Assembly: GCA_963704165.1 (NCBI GenBank)
Contig: CAVPHD010000012.1
Location: 64,001-128,000 of the forward strand
DNA from: an uncultured delta proteobacterium
Lineage (GTDB): Bacteria > Myxococcota_A > UBA9160 > SZUA-336
Direction: 5' to 3'
DNA: 64,000 nucleotides
Below, one piece after another: positions 30,709 to 41,174 of the stretch. Both the position numbers and the translations under genes were made by a program. The notes beneath the pieces are model-generated. The model saw only the letters and a program-made list of their open reading frames with translations, did not search any database and was not told the origin of the DNA. Positions within the stretch are counted from its first letter, which is position 1. Every line of letters begins with the position of its first letter.

Positions 30709-31779
30709 ATGGCCCCCGACCCTCTCTCGACGCCACGCGTGCAACGCTTCGCGCAATGGCTCCTCTGGGAGGAGCAGAGCAACTTCTCCGGCTTCCGAGC
30801 CACCACGAGATTCGTCGATCTCGATGTCGCGCGCATCGAGCGGCGCCTCGTCGATGTGCGCACGTCCGGCCCCGTCGCCCGCGTGCTGGCCGAACGAATC
30901 CTCTCCGGAGATCACGTGCTGTTCCCGAAGCACCCGCTGAATCGCGACCACGGCGTCGCCTTTCACGACGTGCCGGCCTCGGAGCGCTGGCGTGCGCGAT
31001 ACACGTCCTCGCGTACGCTCGTGATCTGGGACGAGGATGCCGCCTCGCTTCCGTTCGCCATCAAGCTCGCGACCGATCATCCCCACACGGAAGTACGTCA
31101 GCCCGAGAAGACGCTGCTTCGCGAAGAGGTGCGCGAATCTCTGCTCTTCGCGGAGCACGTGCGCGCGGTCGACTCGCGAATCGGTCCCGACCCCGAGCTG
31201 ATTCTGCTCACCGAATCGATCGGCATATCGGTTCCGGGTTCCGAGACGGGACTTCTGGTCCGAGATCTCGCTCCGCTCTTCGACGGGTACTTCTACCTGC
31301 CCGCGTTCAGCATTCCATTCGTCGGCGTTGCGATCGCGTCGGCCGCCGGCGAGTCCTTCGCGGGATTCTGGGGCGAGGCGTACGCCGAGCCGGTCGGACG
31401 CTCGAAGGCGAAGCTGCTCGCGCGCTACGGGCTTCAGTACCAGACACCGAATCCCCAGAACATCCTCGTTCAGCTCGACGCGCGACTGCGCCCGACCGGC
31501 ACGATCGTGCTTCGCGATCTGGCCGACACCGACTTCGTGACGAACTCGGCGGGCGCGAGCGGTGCGCCGTGGACGCACATGACCGCAAGGCTCGCGCCGG
31601 AGACGACGACCTCGTTCTGGGCCTTCGATCAGGCGCCCGACTCGCCCGCCGATCCCGAAACGCTCGCGTCCTGGTACCGCCGACACGATCGCGCGTACCT
31701 CGACGAGCTGCGCCGCCTCCGCCACCTGCCCGCGTGCGAGTCGCTCGATGCGCTCGCGAAGCTGCTCGCGCCCGTCTAG
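30709..31779 (+). CDS. IucA/IucC (NIS synthetase)-like protein, short and divergent
   Basis: FPKHPLN, YTSSRTL, AIKL, LLVRD, PNPQNILV, IVLRDL in NIS motif order; SD GAGGGG. Confidence 0.55.
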   Translation: MAPDPLSTPRVQRFAQWLLWEEQSNFSGFRATTRFVDLDVARIERRLVDVRTSGPVARVLAERILSGDHVLFPKHPLNRDHGVAFHDVPASERWRARYTSSRTLVIWDEDAASLPFAIKLATDHPHTEVRQPEKTLLREEVRESLLFAEHVRAVDSRIGPDPELILLTESIGISVPGSETGLLVRDLAPLFDGYFYLPAFSIPFVGVAIASAAGESFAGFWGEAYAEPVGRSKAKLLARYGLQYQTPNPQNILVQLDARLRPTGTIVLRDLADTDFVTNSAGASGAPWTHMTARLAPETTTSFWAFDQAPDSPADPETLASWYRRHDRAYLDELRRLRHLPACESLDALAKLLAPV

Positions 31780-31789
31780 CCTCGGGGTC

Positions 31790-33007
31790 TTGAGCGCACC
31801 CACGGTCACCGTCCGGCTCACGAACTCCGCCGAGCGTCTGGTGCGGATGGAACACCCGTGGCTGTACGCCGAGAGCATCCGATCGGCCTCGCGTCCGGGT
31901 GAAGCCGGCGACCTGGCGGTGATCTACGACCACAAGCGCGAGCTGCTCGCGCTGGGGCTCTGGGACCCGGAGTCGCCCATCCGGATCCGCGTCCTGCACC
32001 GCGGCAAGCCGCGACCGATCGATCGAGGTTTCTGGGCCGAGCGGTTGCGCAACGCGATGTCGATCCGCGCTCCGCTGCTCGAGCAGGACACGACGGGCTT
32101 CCGAGTCGTGAACGGCGAGAGCGATCTTCTTCCGGGGCTCGTCCTGGATCGCTACGAATCGACCCTCGTCTTGAAGCTCTACACCGCCGCATGGCTTCCG
32201 CACCTTCGCGAGGTGCGGGCCGCGATCGACGAGGTTCTGACACCGGATCGTGTCGTGCTCCGGGTCGCGCGTGCGATCGCGCGGTCCTGCGAGGAGCGGG
32301 CCGGGCTCGTGGACGGAGCCATCCTTTCGGGCGCGCCGCTCGACGCCCCGTTGGTCTTTCGCGAGAACGGACTGCGCTTCCGCTGCGATCCCGTGCGCGG
32401 ACAGAAGACGGGGTTCTTCCTCGACCAACGCGAGAACCGCTCGCGCGTCGGCGAGCTCTCGCGCGGGAAGCGCGTCCTGAACGCCTTTTCGTACACGGGG
32501 GGCTTCTCGCTCTACGCGGCCCGAGGCGGGGCGCCGAGCGTGATTTCGCTCGACTCGAGCGCCGCCGCACTCGACGAGGCGCGCGCGAACTTCGCGCTGA
32601 ACTCGGATCACGCCGGGCTTTCGCGCTCGACCCACGAGTGTGTCTGCGAGGACGCCTTCAGCGCGCTCTCGCGCTTTCACCGTGAACGGCGCCTCTTCGA
32701 GCTCGTGGTGATCGACCCGCCGGCATTCGCGAAGGCGAAGTCCGAGGTCGGCTCCGCGCTCTTCGCGTACGCGAAGCTCGCGGAGCTCGCCTGTCACGTG
32801 CTCGCGCCGGGGGGAGAACTCGTGATGGCGTCGTGCTCCGCGCGGGTCGACGCGGCCGCCCTCGCGAACTCGATCCGGTCGGGTGCTTCGCGCGCGGACC
32901 GGCGCCTCGACGAGTGGTTGCGCACCGCGCACGCGCTGGATCATCCGGTCGGCTTCAAGGAAGGTGCGTACCTGAAATGCATCTGGCTGCGCGATCCGCG
33001 CGCGTAG
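31790..33007 (+). CDS. RlmI/RlmK-family SAM-dependent rRNA methyltransferase
   Basis: HPWLY, ESDLLPGLVLDRY, GQKTGFFLDQRENR, VLNAFSYTGGFS, DPPAF, YLK. Confidence 0.9.
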   Translation: MSAPTVTVRLTNSAERLVRMEHPWLYAESIRSASRPGEAGDLAVIYDHKRELLALGLWDPESPIRIRVLHRGKPRPIDRGFWAERLRNAMSIRAPLLEQDTTGFRVVNGESDLLPGLVLDRYESTLVLKLYTAAWLPHLREVRAAIDEVLTPDRVVLRVARAIARSCEERAGLVDGAILSGAPLDAPLVFRENGLRFRCDPVRGQKTGFFLDQRENRSRVGELSRGKRVLNAFSYTGGFSLYAARGGAPSVISLDSSAAALDEARANFALNSDHAGLSRSTHECVCEDAFSALSRFHRERRLFELVVIDPPAFAKAKSEVGSALFAYAKLAELACHVLAPGGELVMASCSARVDAAALANSIRSGASRADRRLDEWLRTAHALDHPVGFKEGAYLKCIWLRDPRA

Positions 33008-33475
33008 CTACGCCTTCCAGATCGTCGGCGGTTTTCCGGTGGCCATCTCCGCGCCGGTCCAGAGCTCGATCCGCGACGGTGTCAGCTTCAGCACGCCGAA
33101 GCCCGGGTCGGTGACGCCTGCCTTCCAGAACAGGCTCGGGTCGTAGCCGACGGGCGCGGGCGTCTCCTTCAGGAGGTTCCAGATCCGCTGCTTGGTCGCT
33201 GCGTCGTCGACCCACTCCGCGCGACACTGCGCCATCACCGTGTCGTGCTCCGGGGTCCAGTACGCGAGCGCGACGTTCGGGTTTTTCGCCAGGTGCCGGG
33301 TCTTGAGCGTCTGCCTTCCCGTCGCGATCCAGCCGACCTTCCCCTCCCACACCGGGTGCAGGATGCGCGAGAACGGTCGCCCGGCAGTGTCGACGGTGGT
33401 CACCGTGCACCAGACGATCCTGCGTACGCGCTCGTCGAAAACCCGCGCGATGTCCTCGAACTTCTCGACGCTCAT
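33008..33475 (-). CDS. Pyridoxamine 5'-phosphate oxidase (split barrel) family protein
   Basis: WCTVTTVD..GRPFSRILHP..KTRHLAKNPNVALAYW. Confidence 0.85.
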   Translation of the reverse strand: MSVEKFEDIARVFDERVRRIVWCTVTTVDTAGRPFSRILHPVWEGKVGWIATGRQTLKTRHLAKNPNVALAYWTPEHDTVMAQCRAEWVDDAATKQRIWNLLKETPAPVGYDPSLFWKAGVTDPGFGVLKLTPSRIELWTGAEMATGKPPTIWKA

Positions 33476-33553
33476 TCGTGTCTCCCCTACTCGCGCCCTC
33501 GAGTCGATCCAGCGTATCAGATTCGGGTAAGCTGCTCGGACAGGAGGCACTCG

Positions 33554-34600
33554 ATGAAACTCGGCATCGGGATCGGCTACTCGGGCCCGCAGCTGCGAAT
33601 TCCCGTCGAACGGATCCAGCTCGCGGAGCGACTCGGTTACGACTCGGTCTGGACGGCGGAGGCGTACGGTTCCGACGCGATCACGCCGCTCGCGTTTCTC
33701 GCGGCGAAGACGTCGCGCATCCGTCTCGGCACGGGAATCATCCAGCTCGCCGCGCGCACACCGGCCGCGACCGCGATGGCGGCGGCGACGGTCGATCAGC
33801 TCGCGGGCGGAAACCGCTTCATCTGCGGAATCGGTGTCTCGGGTCCGCAGATCGTCGAAGGCTGGTACGGTCAGCCTTGGGGCAAGCCGAACACGCGAAT
33901 TCGCGACTACGTCGCGATCATGCGGAAGATCTTCGAGCGCAAGGCGCCCGTGTCCCATCCGGGAAAGGAGATCGCGCTGCCTTACACGGGACCCGGTGCG
34001 ATGGGCATCGGCAAGCCGCTGATGTCGATCCTGCACCCGAACCCGAAGATCCCGATCTGGCTCGGCACCGGCACCGAGGCCAACGTGAAGATGACCGCCG
34101 AAATCGCCGACGGCTGGCTTCCGCTCGGGCTCGTGCCCGGGAACTGGAAGCTCTATCGGGACTGGATCGAGGCCGGCTTTGCGCGCGCGGGGAACGGGAA
34201 GTCGTGGAAGGACTTCGAGATCCAGGCGGCGACGACCGTGATCGTGACCGATGACGTGCGCGCCGCGCTCGCGCGTATCAAGCCGAATGTCGCCCTCTAC
34301 GTCGGCGGCATGGGTCACAAGAGCATCAACTTCCACAACCGGATGATGGTCCGGCGCGGATACGCCGAAGCCGCGGCACGCATCCAGGAGCTCTACCTCG
34401 CCGGGCGCAAGACCGAAGCCGCCGATGCCGTGCCCGACGAGTTCGTCGACGACGGCGCGCTGGTCGGCCCGCCCGCACGCATCCGCGAGCGCTTCAAGGA
34501 GTGGACGCAGATCCCCGTCACCGGGATGACGATCAACGGAGACGCGCCCGGCACGCTCGAGTTGATGGCGGAGATCGCCGGCCTGCGCGCTCCGGACTGA
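33554..34600 (+). CDS. LLM-class probable F420-dependent oxidoreductase
   Basis: GYDSVWTAEAYGSDA, GVSGPQIVEGWYG, LYVGGMG; SD AGGAGG. Confidence 0.9.
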   Translation: MKLGIGIGYSGPQLRIPVERIQLAERLGYDSVWTAEAYGSDAITPLAFLAAKTSRIRLGTGIIQLAARTPAATAMAAATVDQLAGGNRFICGIGVSGPQIVEGWYGQPWGKPNTRIRDYVAIMRKIFERKAPVSHPGKEIALPYTGPGAMGIGKPLMSILHPNPKIPIWLGTGTEANVKMTAEIADGWLPLGLVPGNWKLYRDWIEAGFARAGNGKSWKDFEIQAATTVIVTDDVRAALARIKPNVALYVGGMGHKSINFHNRMMVRRGYAEAAARIQELYLAGRKTEAADAVPDEFVDDGALVGPPARIRERFKEWTQIPVTGMTINGDAPGTLELMAEIAGLRAPD

Positions 34601-34601
34601 T

Positions 34602-35261
34602 CTAGCGACCGAAGAGCTGCTTCAAGAGATCCGTGGCGCGGGCCGCCGGATCGGTGCGGATCTTCTTCTCCTCCTCGCCGACGACGGTGAAGAGGCCCTC
34701 GAGAGTCTCGTCGGTGACGTACCCGTCAAGGTCGAACCTCGGCGCCGAGCTGAACGGAATCGCCGACGTGTAGCGACCGATCAGCTCGTCGTAGAGCTTG
34801 GCGACACCGACGCTCTGCATCGCCTCGCTCACGATCGGGCCGAAGCGCGTGCGCAGCGGCTCCGAGGTCGTCTTCTCGAAGTACTCGGTCGCCGCGGTGT
34901 CGCCGCCCTTCACGATTCCGGTCGCGTCGGAGAAGCTCATCTGCGTGATCGCGTCGACGAAGACCGGAGTCGCCTCGCCGGTGGCCTTCTCCGCGGCGTG
35001 ATTCATCGCCACCTCGAGCTCGTCCACCTGCGCGCCCATGCCGATCCCGCGCAGCGCGCTCGCCACCGACGACAGCGCACCCGGAAGTCCGATGCGGATC
35101 TTCGGGTTCTCGAGGAAGCCGTTCGTCTGCGAGGTGCTTTGCACCGCGCGCTCGGTTGCGACGCGCAGCGCCTCCTTCAGGGCCGAGATCGTGGTCGATT
35201 CGTTGAGCGGCGAGGCGGTGATCGCCAGGAGCACGGTGAACGAGAGCGCGAGCGTCTTCAT
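34602..35261 (-). CDS. DUF4197 family exported protein
   Basis: ALKEAL, MNHAAEKA, AATEYF, EEEKKIRTDPAAR. Confidence 0.9.
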   Translation of the reverse strand: MKTLALSFTVLLAITASPLNESTTISALKEALRVATERAVQSTSQTNGFLENPKIRIGLPGALSSVASALRGIGMGAQVDELEVAMNHAAEKATGEATPVFVDAITQMSFSDATGIVKGGDTAATEYFEKTTSEPLRTRFGPIVSEAMQSVGVAKLYDELIGRYTSAIPFSSAPRFDLDGYVTDETLEGLFTVVGEEEKKIRTDPAARATDLLKQLFGR

Positions 35262-35280
35262 TGCCGGTATCCTACATGGT
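35262..35280. promoter_or_regulatory. Symmetric bidirectional -10 serving two leaderless genes
   Basis: TATCCT (+, 35268-73) and TAGGAT (-, 35274-69), each 7 nt from its start codon. Confidence 0.55.
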
Positions 35281-38156
35281 GTGAAGCTCCCCGACCGAGA
35301 AAGTTTCTCGCGAGCCCTGCGAAGACCGCGAACGCGGATTCTGATCGGCATCGTCGCTCTGCTCGTGATCGTGCGTGTCGCGTTGCCGTACGTGCTTCGC
35401 GCGGTGATCGTCTCGCAGACCGACGCGGCGCTCGTCGGCCGGATCGCCCTCGCCGACCTCGATCTGTCGCTGATCCGCGGTGGTGTCACGCTCCACGGGC
35501 TCGAAGTCCACGTCGACGAGCTGCCGTCGGATTCCGAGCCGCTCTTCGAGGCGAAGCGGATCTGGACCGAGATCAGCTGGCTGGCTCTCGTCACCAAGAC
35601 GATCGAGGTCGAGGAGTTCGAGCTCGACGGCTTCGCCGTTCGACTCGACCGGCTGAAGGAAGGCCTGCTCTTGCCTCGGCCCGTGCCCGGTGACGCGGTG
35701 GACGAGCCGGAGCCCGAGTCCAGCGAACCTTTCGACTGGTCTCTCGCCGCCGACGCCGTCGCTCTCCGCGACGGCGTGATCGCGCTCCGCGATCACACCG
35801 TCGGCCCCGAGCCCCATCGCTTCGAAGTCGCGGTGAGGGATTTGTCTGCGAGTCAGCTGGCGCTGCGCATCGATCCAACCGACCAGGCGCCCGGGCGCCT
35901 CGAGATCCAGGCGCGCATCGGCGAGGGTTCGATCGGTCTCGACTCTCGGGTCACGCAGCATCCCGACGGTACCGGCGCACACTCGACGATCACGCTCGTG
36001 AACCTGCCGATCGACAAGGTCCGCGTGTATCTGACGATCTTCGGCTGGAGCGATCTCTCGGGAAAGCTCGACGCGGTGATCGAGCACCGCTTCGAGCCGG
36101 GTGGCCACCACGTGGCCTCGGGCGTGGCCTCGCTGTCGGAGGTCGTCGTCCGGGTGCCCGCGCTCGATCGCCCCGCGCTCGCCTGGCGGAAGCTCTCGGT
36201 CAACCTCGAGAAGCTCGACGTCGTGAAGCAGAGCGCCGTCGTCTCGGACGTCGCGCTCGTCGGCGCGCGGGTCGTCGTCGATCCGAAGTCGGCGACGCCG
36301 GTACCGGTGATCGCGCCCGGCAAGGCGGTGAACGCGAAGGTCGCGAAGGAGCCCGCCCACGAGGTGGCGCCGGCCACGAAGCCATGGAGCTGGAACGTGC
36401 GCCGGGCGCGCCTCGAAGACGCGACCGTCGAATTGGAGGGCGGCGCGCAGCCGCTCCAGCTCGGTGTCGCTGCAGAGCTGCGCTCGATCTCGAGCGAGCC
36501 CGGAAGCCGCTGGCCGGTGAAGCTATCGGTCTCGCAAGCGGAAGGATCGCTGCAAGTCGATGGCGAGCTCGCCATCGATCCGTTCGCCTTCGATGGCAAG
36601 CTCGCGATCGCGGATCTCGCGATCGCGCCGATCGCGTCGCGGATCGATGCGCCGGGTGCGAACCTCTTGCGACAAGGGAACGCACGCGCGGACCTCTCGA
36701 TCGCGCTCTCGACCGACCTGCACCTCTCGGGATCGCTCGGCGTTTCCGGGCTCGAAGTCGTCGACCCGGAGAAGCCGAAGGAGTTCGGTGTCGCCTGGAA
36801 GGACTTCGAGCTCGGCATTCGCGACCTCTCGGTTCCCGGAGTGCTCGCAGAACGGGAGCTCGCCACGGCCGCGCGACCGATCGGCGTGAAGCTCGATCTC
36901 GTGAGGCTCGACGAACCGTCGTTCACGATCACGCGAACCGAGCGGGGAATTGCACTGCCATCGTTCGGCGGCACTGCCGAAGATCCGGTGCCGAAGACGG
37001 AGCCGACGGCCGAGGTCTCGATCGACGTCGGTCGGATCCGGATCGATCGCGCGCGTGCCCGGATCCACGATCGCAGCGTGAACCCGTACTTCAGCACGCG
37101 AATCGACCGCCTCGATCTGCGCGCGCGCGGCGTTCGCTGGCCCGGACCTCGCGTCGAGGATCTGACGCTGGCCTTGTCCGGCTTGAACGGCGCGAAGCTC
37201 GAAGCGCGGGGACACATCGTTCCCGGCAACTCGAAGCTCGATGCGAAGCTCGTGAAGCTCCCGCTCGCCCAGTTCAATCCGTACGTGACGCCGACGGGCT
37301 ACGGTCTTGCCGATGGCTCGCTCTCGCTCGACTCCACCGCGACGATCGCGAACGAGACGTACGACACGCGCACGGACCTCGTCGTCTCCCGGCTCGAGGT
37401 CGGTGGCTCCGAGGGCGAGGCGCTCTTCCAGCAGAGCTTCGGGATTCCGCTCTCCGTCGCGCTCGGCCTGCTGAAGGACCTGGACGGAAACATCACGCTC
37501 CGGGTTCCGCTTGCCGGTGATCGCGGCGGCGCGAGGATCGGGCTGGGCAGCATCGCAGGACAGGCGCTTCGCGCGGCCCTGATGGGAGCGCTCGCCTCGC
37601 CGCTGAAGCTGCTCGGCGCCGTCACTTCCGACGGCAAGGTCCAGAGACTTGCACCGGCCCCGATCCTCTTCACGGTCGGCAGCTACGGCCTCGCGCCGGA
37701 CGGTGCCACCCGGATCGAGGAGATCGCGAGCCTGCTCTCGGGATCGCCGGGGATCACGCTGACACTGACCGGAGTCACCTCCGAGACGGACCGCAGGATT
37801 CTGCGCGAGAGAGCGCTGCTCTCGGAACTCGAGGCGACCTCAGGCCTGCGCGCGCTCGGCCAGCTCGGAGAGATCGGCACGCGTCGATCCGTGCGACACG
37901 CACTGGCCGCGAAGCTCGCGAACGGGCCGATCCCCGCGCTCGAGCCCGAGCAGGACGCCTGGCTGGAAACGCACGTGGCCGAGCAAGAGATCGACTCGGC
38001 TTCGCTCGTCACGCTCGCCGCGACACGCGCCGCCTCGGTGAAGGGACTCCTTTCACGCGAGCACGGAATCGCCGAGAGCCGCCTCGCGATCGGCGCGCCG
38101 GTGACGGAGCCGTCGGCATCGCAGCCCGGCGTCGAGATCGCGCTCGGTGCTGCTGA
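35281..38156 (+). CDS. DUF748 (AsmA-like) repeat protein with OmpA-like C-terminus; in-frame stop missing
   Basis: N-terminal TM; IPLSVALGLLKDLDGNITLRVPLAGD, ASPLKLL, LAATRA; stops in the other two frames at 38154 and 38162. Confidence 0.8.
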
Positions 38157-38160
38157 AGCG

Positions 38161-38418
38161 CTAGCCGCCGCCGATCTGCGGCAGGAAGTGCACCTCGCTC
38201 TCCGGGCGCAATCGCTCGAGCAGTGCCTCGGCGCGCGGCAGGATCTCGCCGTCGATCGCGATCGCGATCGCGCCCGACTCGCCGATGCGGCTCGAGATCC
38301 CCGGAAACCTCGCGTCGAGCACACGCAAGAGCTCGCGCACGTCGCGCGCCTCGATCTCGATCGACTCGACGCCGCCGGCGAGTGGACGGAGCCCGGACGT
38401 GAAGAAGACGCGCGCCAA
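38161..38418 (-). CDS. MoaD/ThiS family sulfur carrier
   Basis: 85 aa, IAIDGE, ends PQIGGG. Confidence 0.85.
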   Translation of the reverse strand: MARVFFTSGLRPLAGGVESIEIEARDVRELLRVLDARFPGISSRIGESGAIAIAIDGEILPRAEALLERLRPESEVHFLPQIGGG

Positions 38419-38421
38419 GGC

Positions 38422-40698
38422 TCAGCCCGCGCGGTCGATGGCCTCGAGCAGGCGCGGCGGCGAGATCGGCAGCTCCGCGAGCTTCACGCCCGCCGCGCGC
38501 TGCACGGCGTTCGCCACCGCGGCGAGCGGCGGCACGATCGGCGTCTCGCCGACGCCGCGCACGCCGTAGGGGTGCGTGGGATTCGGAACCTCGACGATCA
38601 CCGTGTCGATCATCGGCAGGTCGCTCGCGACCGGCATGCGGTAGTCGAGGAAACTCGCGTTCTCCATCGCTCCGTTGCGATCGAAGACGTACTCCTCGTT
38701 CAGCGCCCAACCGATGCCCTGCGCGACGCCGCCCTGGAACTGCCCCTCGACGTAGCCCGGGTGCATCGCCTTGCCCGCGTCCTGCACCGCCGTGTAGCGC
38801 AGCACGGTGACCGCGCCGGTCTCGCGATCGACCTCGACGTCGCAGAGATGTGTCGCGAATCCGGGTCCGGCGCCGCGCGCCGTCAGGGCCGCATGGCCGA
38901 CGATCGGACCGCCGGTCTGCGCGGCCCGCGACGCGAGCTCCTTCAGGCTGAGCGGCGCATGCACACCCGGCGGCTCGCTTCGAGCCAACGCGTGGCCGTC
39001 CTCCCAGGCGACGGCATCGGGCTCGACTTCCCAGATGCGCGCGGCTCGCGCGCGAAGCTGTCGCACGACGTCGCGCGCAGCCTCGACCACCGCCATGCCG
39101 GTCGCGAAGGTGACTCGGCTTCCGCCGGTCGAGTCCGTGTAGCCGATGGCCTCGGTATCGACGACGGTCGGCCGCACCTGCTCGACCGGGATGCCGAGCT
39201 CCTCGGCCGCCATCAGCGCGAGCGACGTGCGCGAGCCGCCGATGTCCGGGCTGCCGGTGGCCACCACCGCCGATCCGTCCTCGTTGATCGAGATGTTCGC
39301 CGACGACGACATGCCGGCGTTGAACCAGAATCCGCACGCCACGCCGCGGCCCTGGTTCGCCGCGAGCGCCGCTTTGTAGTGCGGGTGGCTCTTCGCCGCG
39401 CGCAGCGTCTCGACGAAGCCGATCGCGCGGAACTTCGGACCGTACGTCGCCCGGACGCCCTCGTGAACCGCGTTCTCGAGCCGGAAGTCGATCGGGTCGA
39501 GACCGAGCTTCTGCGCGAGCTCGTCCATCACGACCTCGACGACGAGCGCCACCATCGGCGCGCCCGGCGCTCGGTAGGCCGCGACCTTCGGCTTGTTCAG
39601 CACGACGTCCCAGCCCTCGATCCGGAAGTTCTCGAGCGCGTAGGGCGCGAAGGCCGTCATCATCGCGGCGCCGACGGGCGATCCCTTGAAGGCTCCGGCT
39701 TCGTAGTACAGCGTCGCCTCGGCCGCCGTCAGCTTGCCGTCGCGCCTGGCGCCCATCTTGACGCGGATCTGTGTACCCGAACTCGGGCCGGTGGCGCGGA
39801 AGACCTCCTCGCGCGTCATCACCAACTTCACCGGCCGACCCGAAACGCGCGAGAGCAGAATCGCGAGCGGCTCGACGTAGACCGTGGTCTTGCCGCCGAA
39901 GCCCCCACCGATCTCCGTCGGAATCACCTTGATCATGTCCGTCGAGAGGCCGAGCACCTTCGCGCAGTAGGCGCGAACCATGAACGCGCCCTGCGTGCAG
40001 CACCAGACGACCGAGCGGCCGTCCTGTCCGGTGCGCGCGAGCACCGCGTGCGGCTCGATGTAGCCTTGGTGGACCATCGGCGTGCGGAACTCGCGCTCGA
40101 CCACGACGTCCGCCACCGCGAATCCCGCGTTCAGATCACCGCGCGCCAACTCCCGCCGCGAAGCGACGTTGGTCGGCCCCTGTGGCAGCGGCTCGTGCCC
40201 GGTCGCGCGCGCGTCCTCGTGCAGGATGGGTGCGTTCTTCGCGAGCGCCTCGTCGAGCGAGAGAACGGGGACGAGCACGTCGTAGTCCACGACGATGCGC
40301 TTGCACGCCTCTTCCGCGATGCGAAGGCTGGTCGCGGCGACGGCCGCGACCGCGTGCCCGTGATAGAGCACCTTGTCGCGCGCCATCACGTTCATCGCGA
40401 GATCGCGAAAATCGGTCGCGGTCTCGCCGCCCTCGGCCGTCTCGGACGAGACGTCGGGGAAATCCCGGCCGCTGATCACCGCGTGCACGCCGTCGAGTGC
40501 GAGCGCGGCCGAGACGTCGATGCGCCGGATCCTCGCGTGCGCGTGCGGGCTGCGCAGAACCTTGCCCCAGAGCATGCCCGGGAGCGCGTAGTCCGCGCCG
40601 AATTGCGCGCGGCCCGTCACCTTGTCGAGTCCGTCGTGCCGGATCGGCCGCGTTCCGACGTACTTCCACTTCTTCTCGCCCGGAGTCGCTTCGCTCAT
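38422..40698 (-). CDS. Xanthine dehydrogenase family molybdopterin-binding subunit
   Basis: LRSPHAHARI, GGGFGGK, AYRAPG, GGSR, GQFQGG, GVGE. Confidence 0.95.
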   Translation of the reverse strand: MSEATPGEKKWKYVGTRPIRHDGLDKVTGRAQFGADYALPGMLWGKVLRSPHAHARIRRIDVSAALALDGVHAVISGRDFPDVSSETAEGGETATDFRDLAMNVMARDKVLYHGHAVAAVAATSLRIAEEACKRIVVDYDVLVPVLSLDEALAKNAPILHEDARATGHEPLPQGPTNVASRRELARGDLNAGFAVADVVVEREFRTPMVHQGYIEPHAVLARTGQDGRSVVWCCTQGAFMVRAYCAKVLGLSTDMIKVIPTEIGGGFGGKTTVYVEPLAILLSRVSGRPVKLVMTREEVFRATGPSSGTQIRVKMGARRDGKLTAAEATLYYEAGAFKGSPVGAAMMTAFAPYALENFRIEGWDVVLNKPKVAAYRAPGAPMVALVVEVVMDELAQKLGLDPIDFRLENAVHEGVRATYGPKFRAIGFVETLRAAKSHPHYKAALAANQGRGVACGFWFNAGMSSSANISINEDGSAVVATGSPDIGGSRTSLALMAAEELGIPVEQVRPTVVDTEAIGYTDSTGGSRVTFATGMAVVEAARDVVRQLRARAARIWEVEPDAVAWEDGHALARSEPPGVHAPLSLKELASRAAQTGGPIVGHAALTARGAGPGFATHLCDVEVDRETGAVTVLRYTAVQDAGKAMHPGYVEGQFQGGVAQGIGWALNEEYVFDRNGAMENASFLDYRMPVASDLPMIDTVIVEVPNPTHPYGVRGVGETPIVPPLAAVANAVQRAAGVKLAELPISPPRLLEAIDRAG

Positions 40699-41174
40699 CG
40701 CGTCTCCCCGCGCAGGTCCGCGGCCGCGTCGAGCACGGCGCGGATGATCTTGTCGTAGCCGGTGCAACGGCAGAGATTGCCCGCCAGCCAGTAGCGCGTT
40801 TCCTCTTCGGTCGGATCGGGATTGCGTTCGAGCAACGCCTTTGCCGCGACGATGAAGCCCGGCGTGCAGACTCCGCACTGGAGCGCCGCGTGCTCGAGGA
40901 ACTTGCGCTGGAGAACGTGGATCTCGCTGCCCGTCGCGACGCCCTCGATCGTCTCGATGCTGCGGCCCTCGGCTTCGGGCGCCAGCACCAGGCACGCGCA
41001 GACCAGCCGACCGTCGAGCAGGATCGAGCAGGCGCCGCAATCACCGGTCGAGCAGCCCTCCTTCGTACCCGTGAGCTGCAGATCGTCGCGAAGCACTTCG
41101 AGCAGGCTGCGCTCGGCGGTGCAGAGGAACTCCGTCGGCTCGGCGTTCACGCGCGTCCGTACGTGGATCTTCAT
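40695..41174 (-). CDS. (2Fe-2S) subunit, CoxS/XdhA-like
   Basis: GCSTGDCGAC, QCGVCTPG, NLCRCTGY. Confidence 0.95.
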   Translation of the reverse strand: MKIHVRTRVNAEPTEFLCTAERSLLEVLRDDLQLTGTKEGCSTGDCGACSILLDGRLVCACLVLAPEAEGRSIETIEGVATGSEIHVLQRKFLEHAALQCGVCTPGFIVAAKALLERNPDPTEEETRYWLAGNLCRCTGYDKIIRAVLDAAADLRGETR

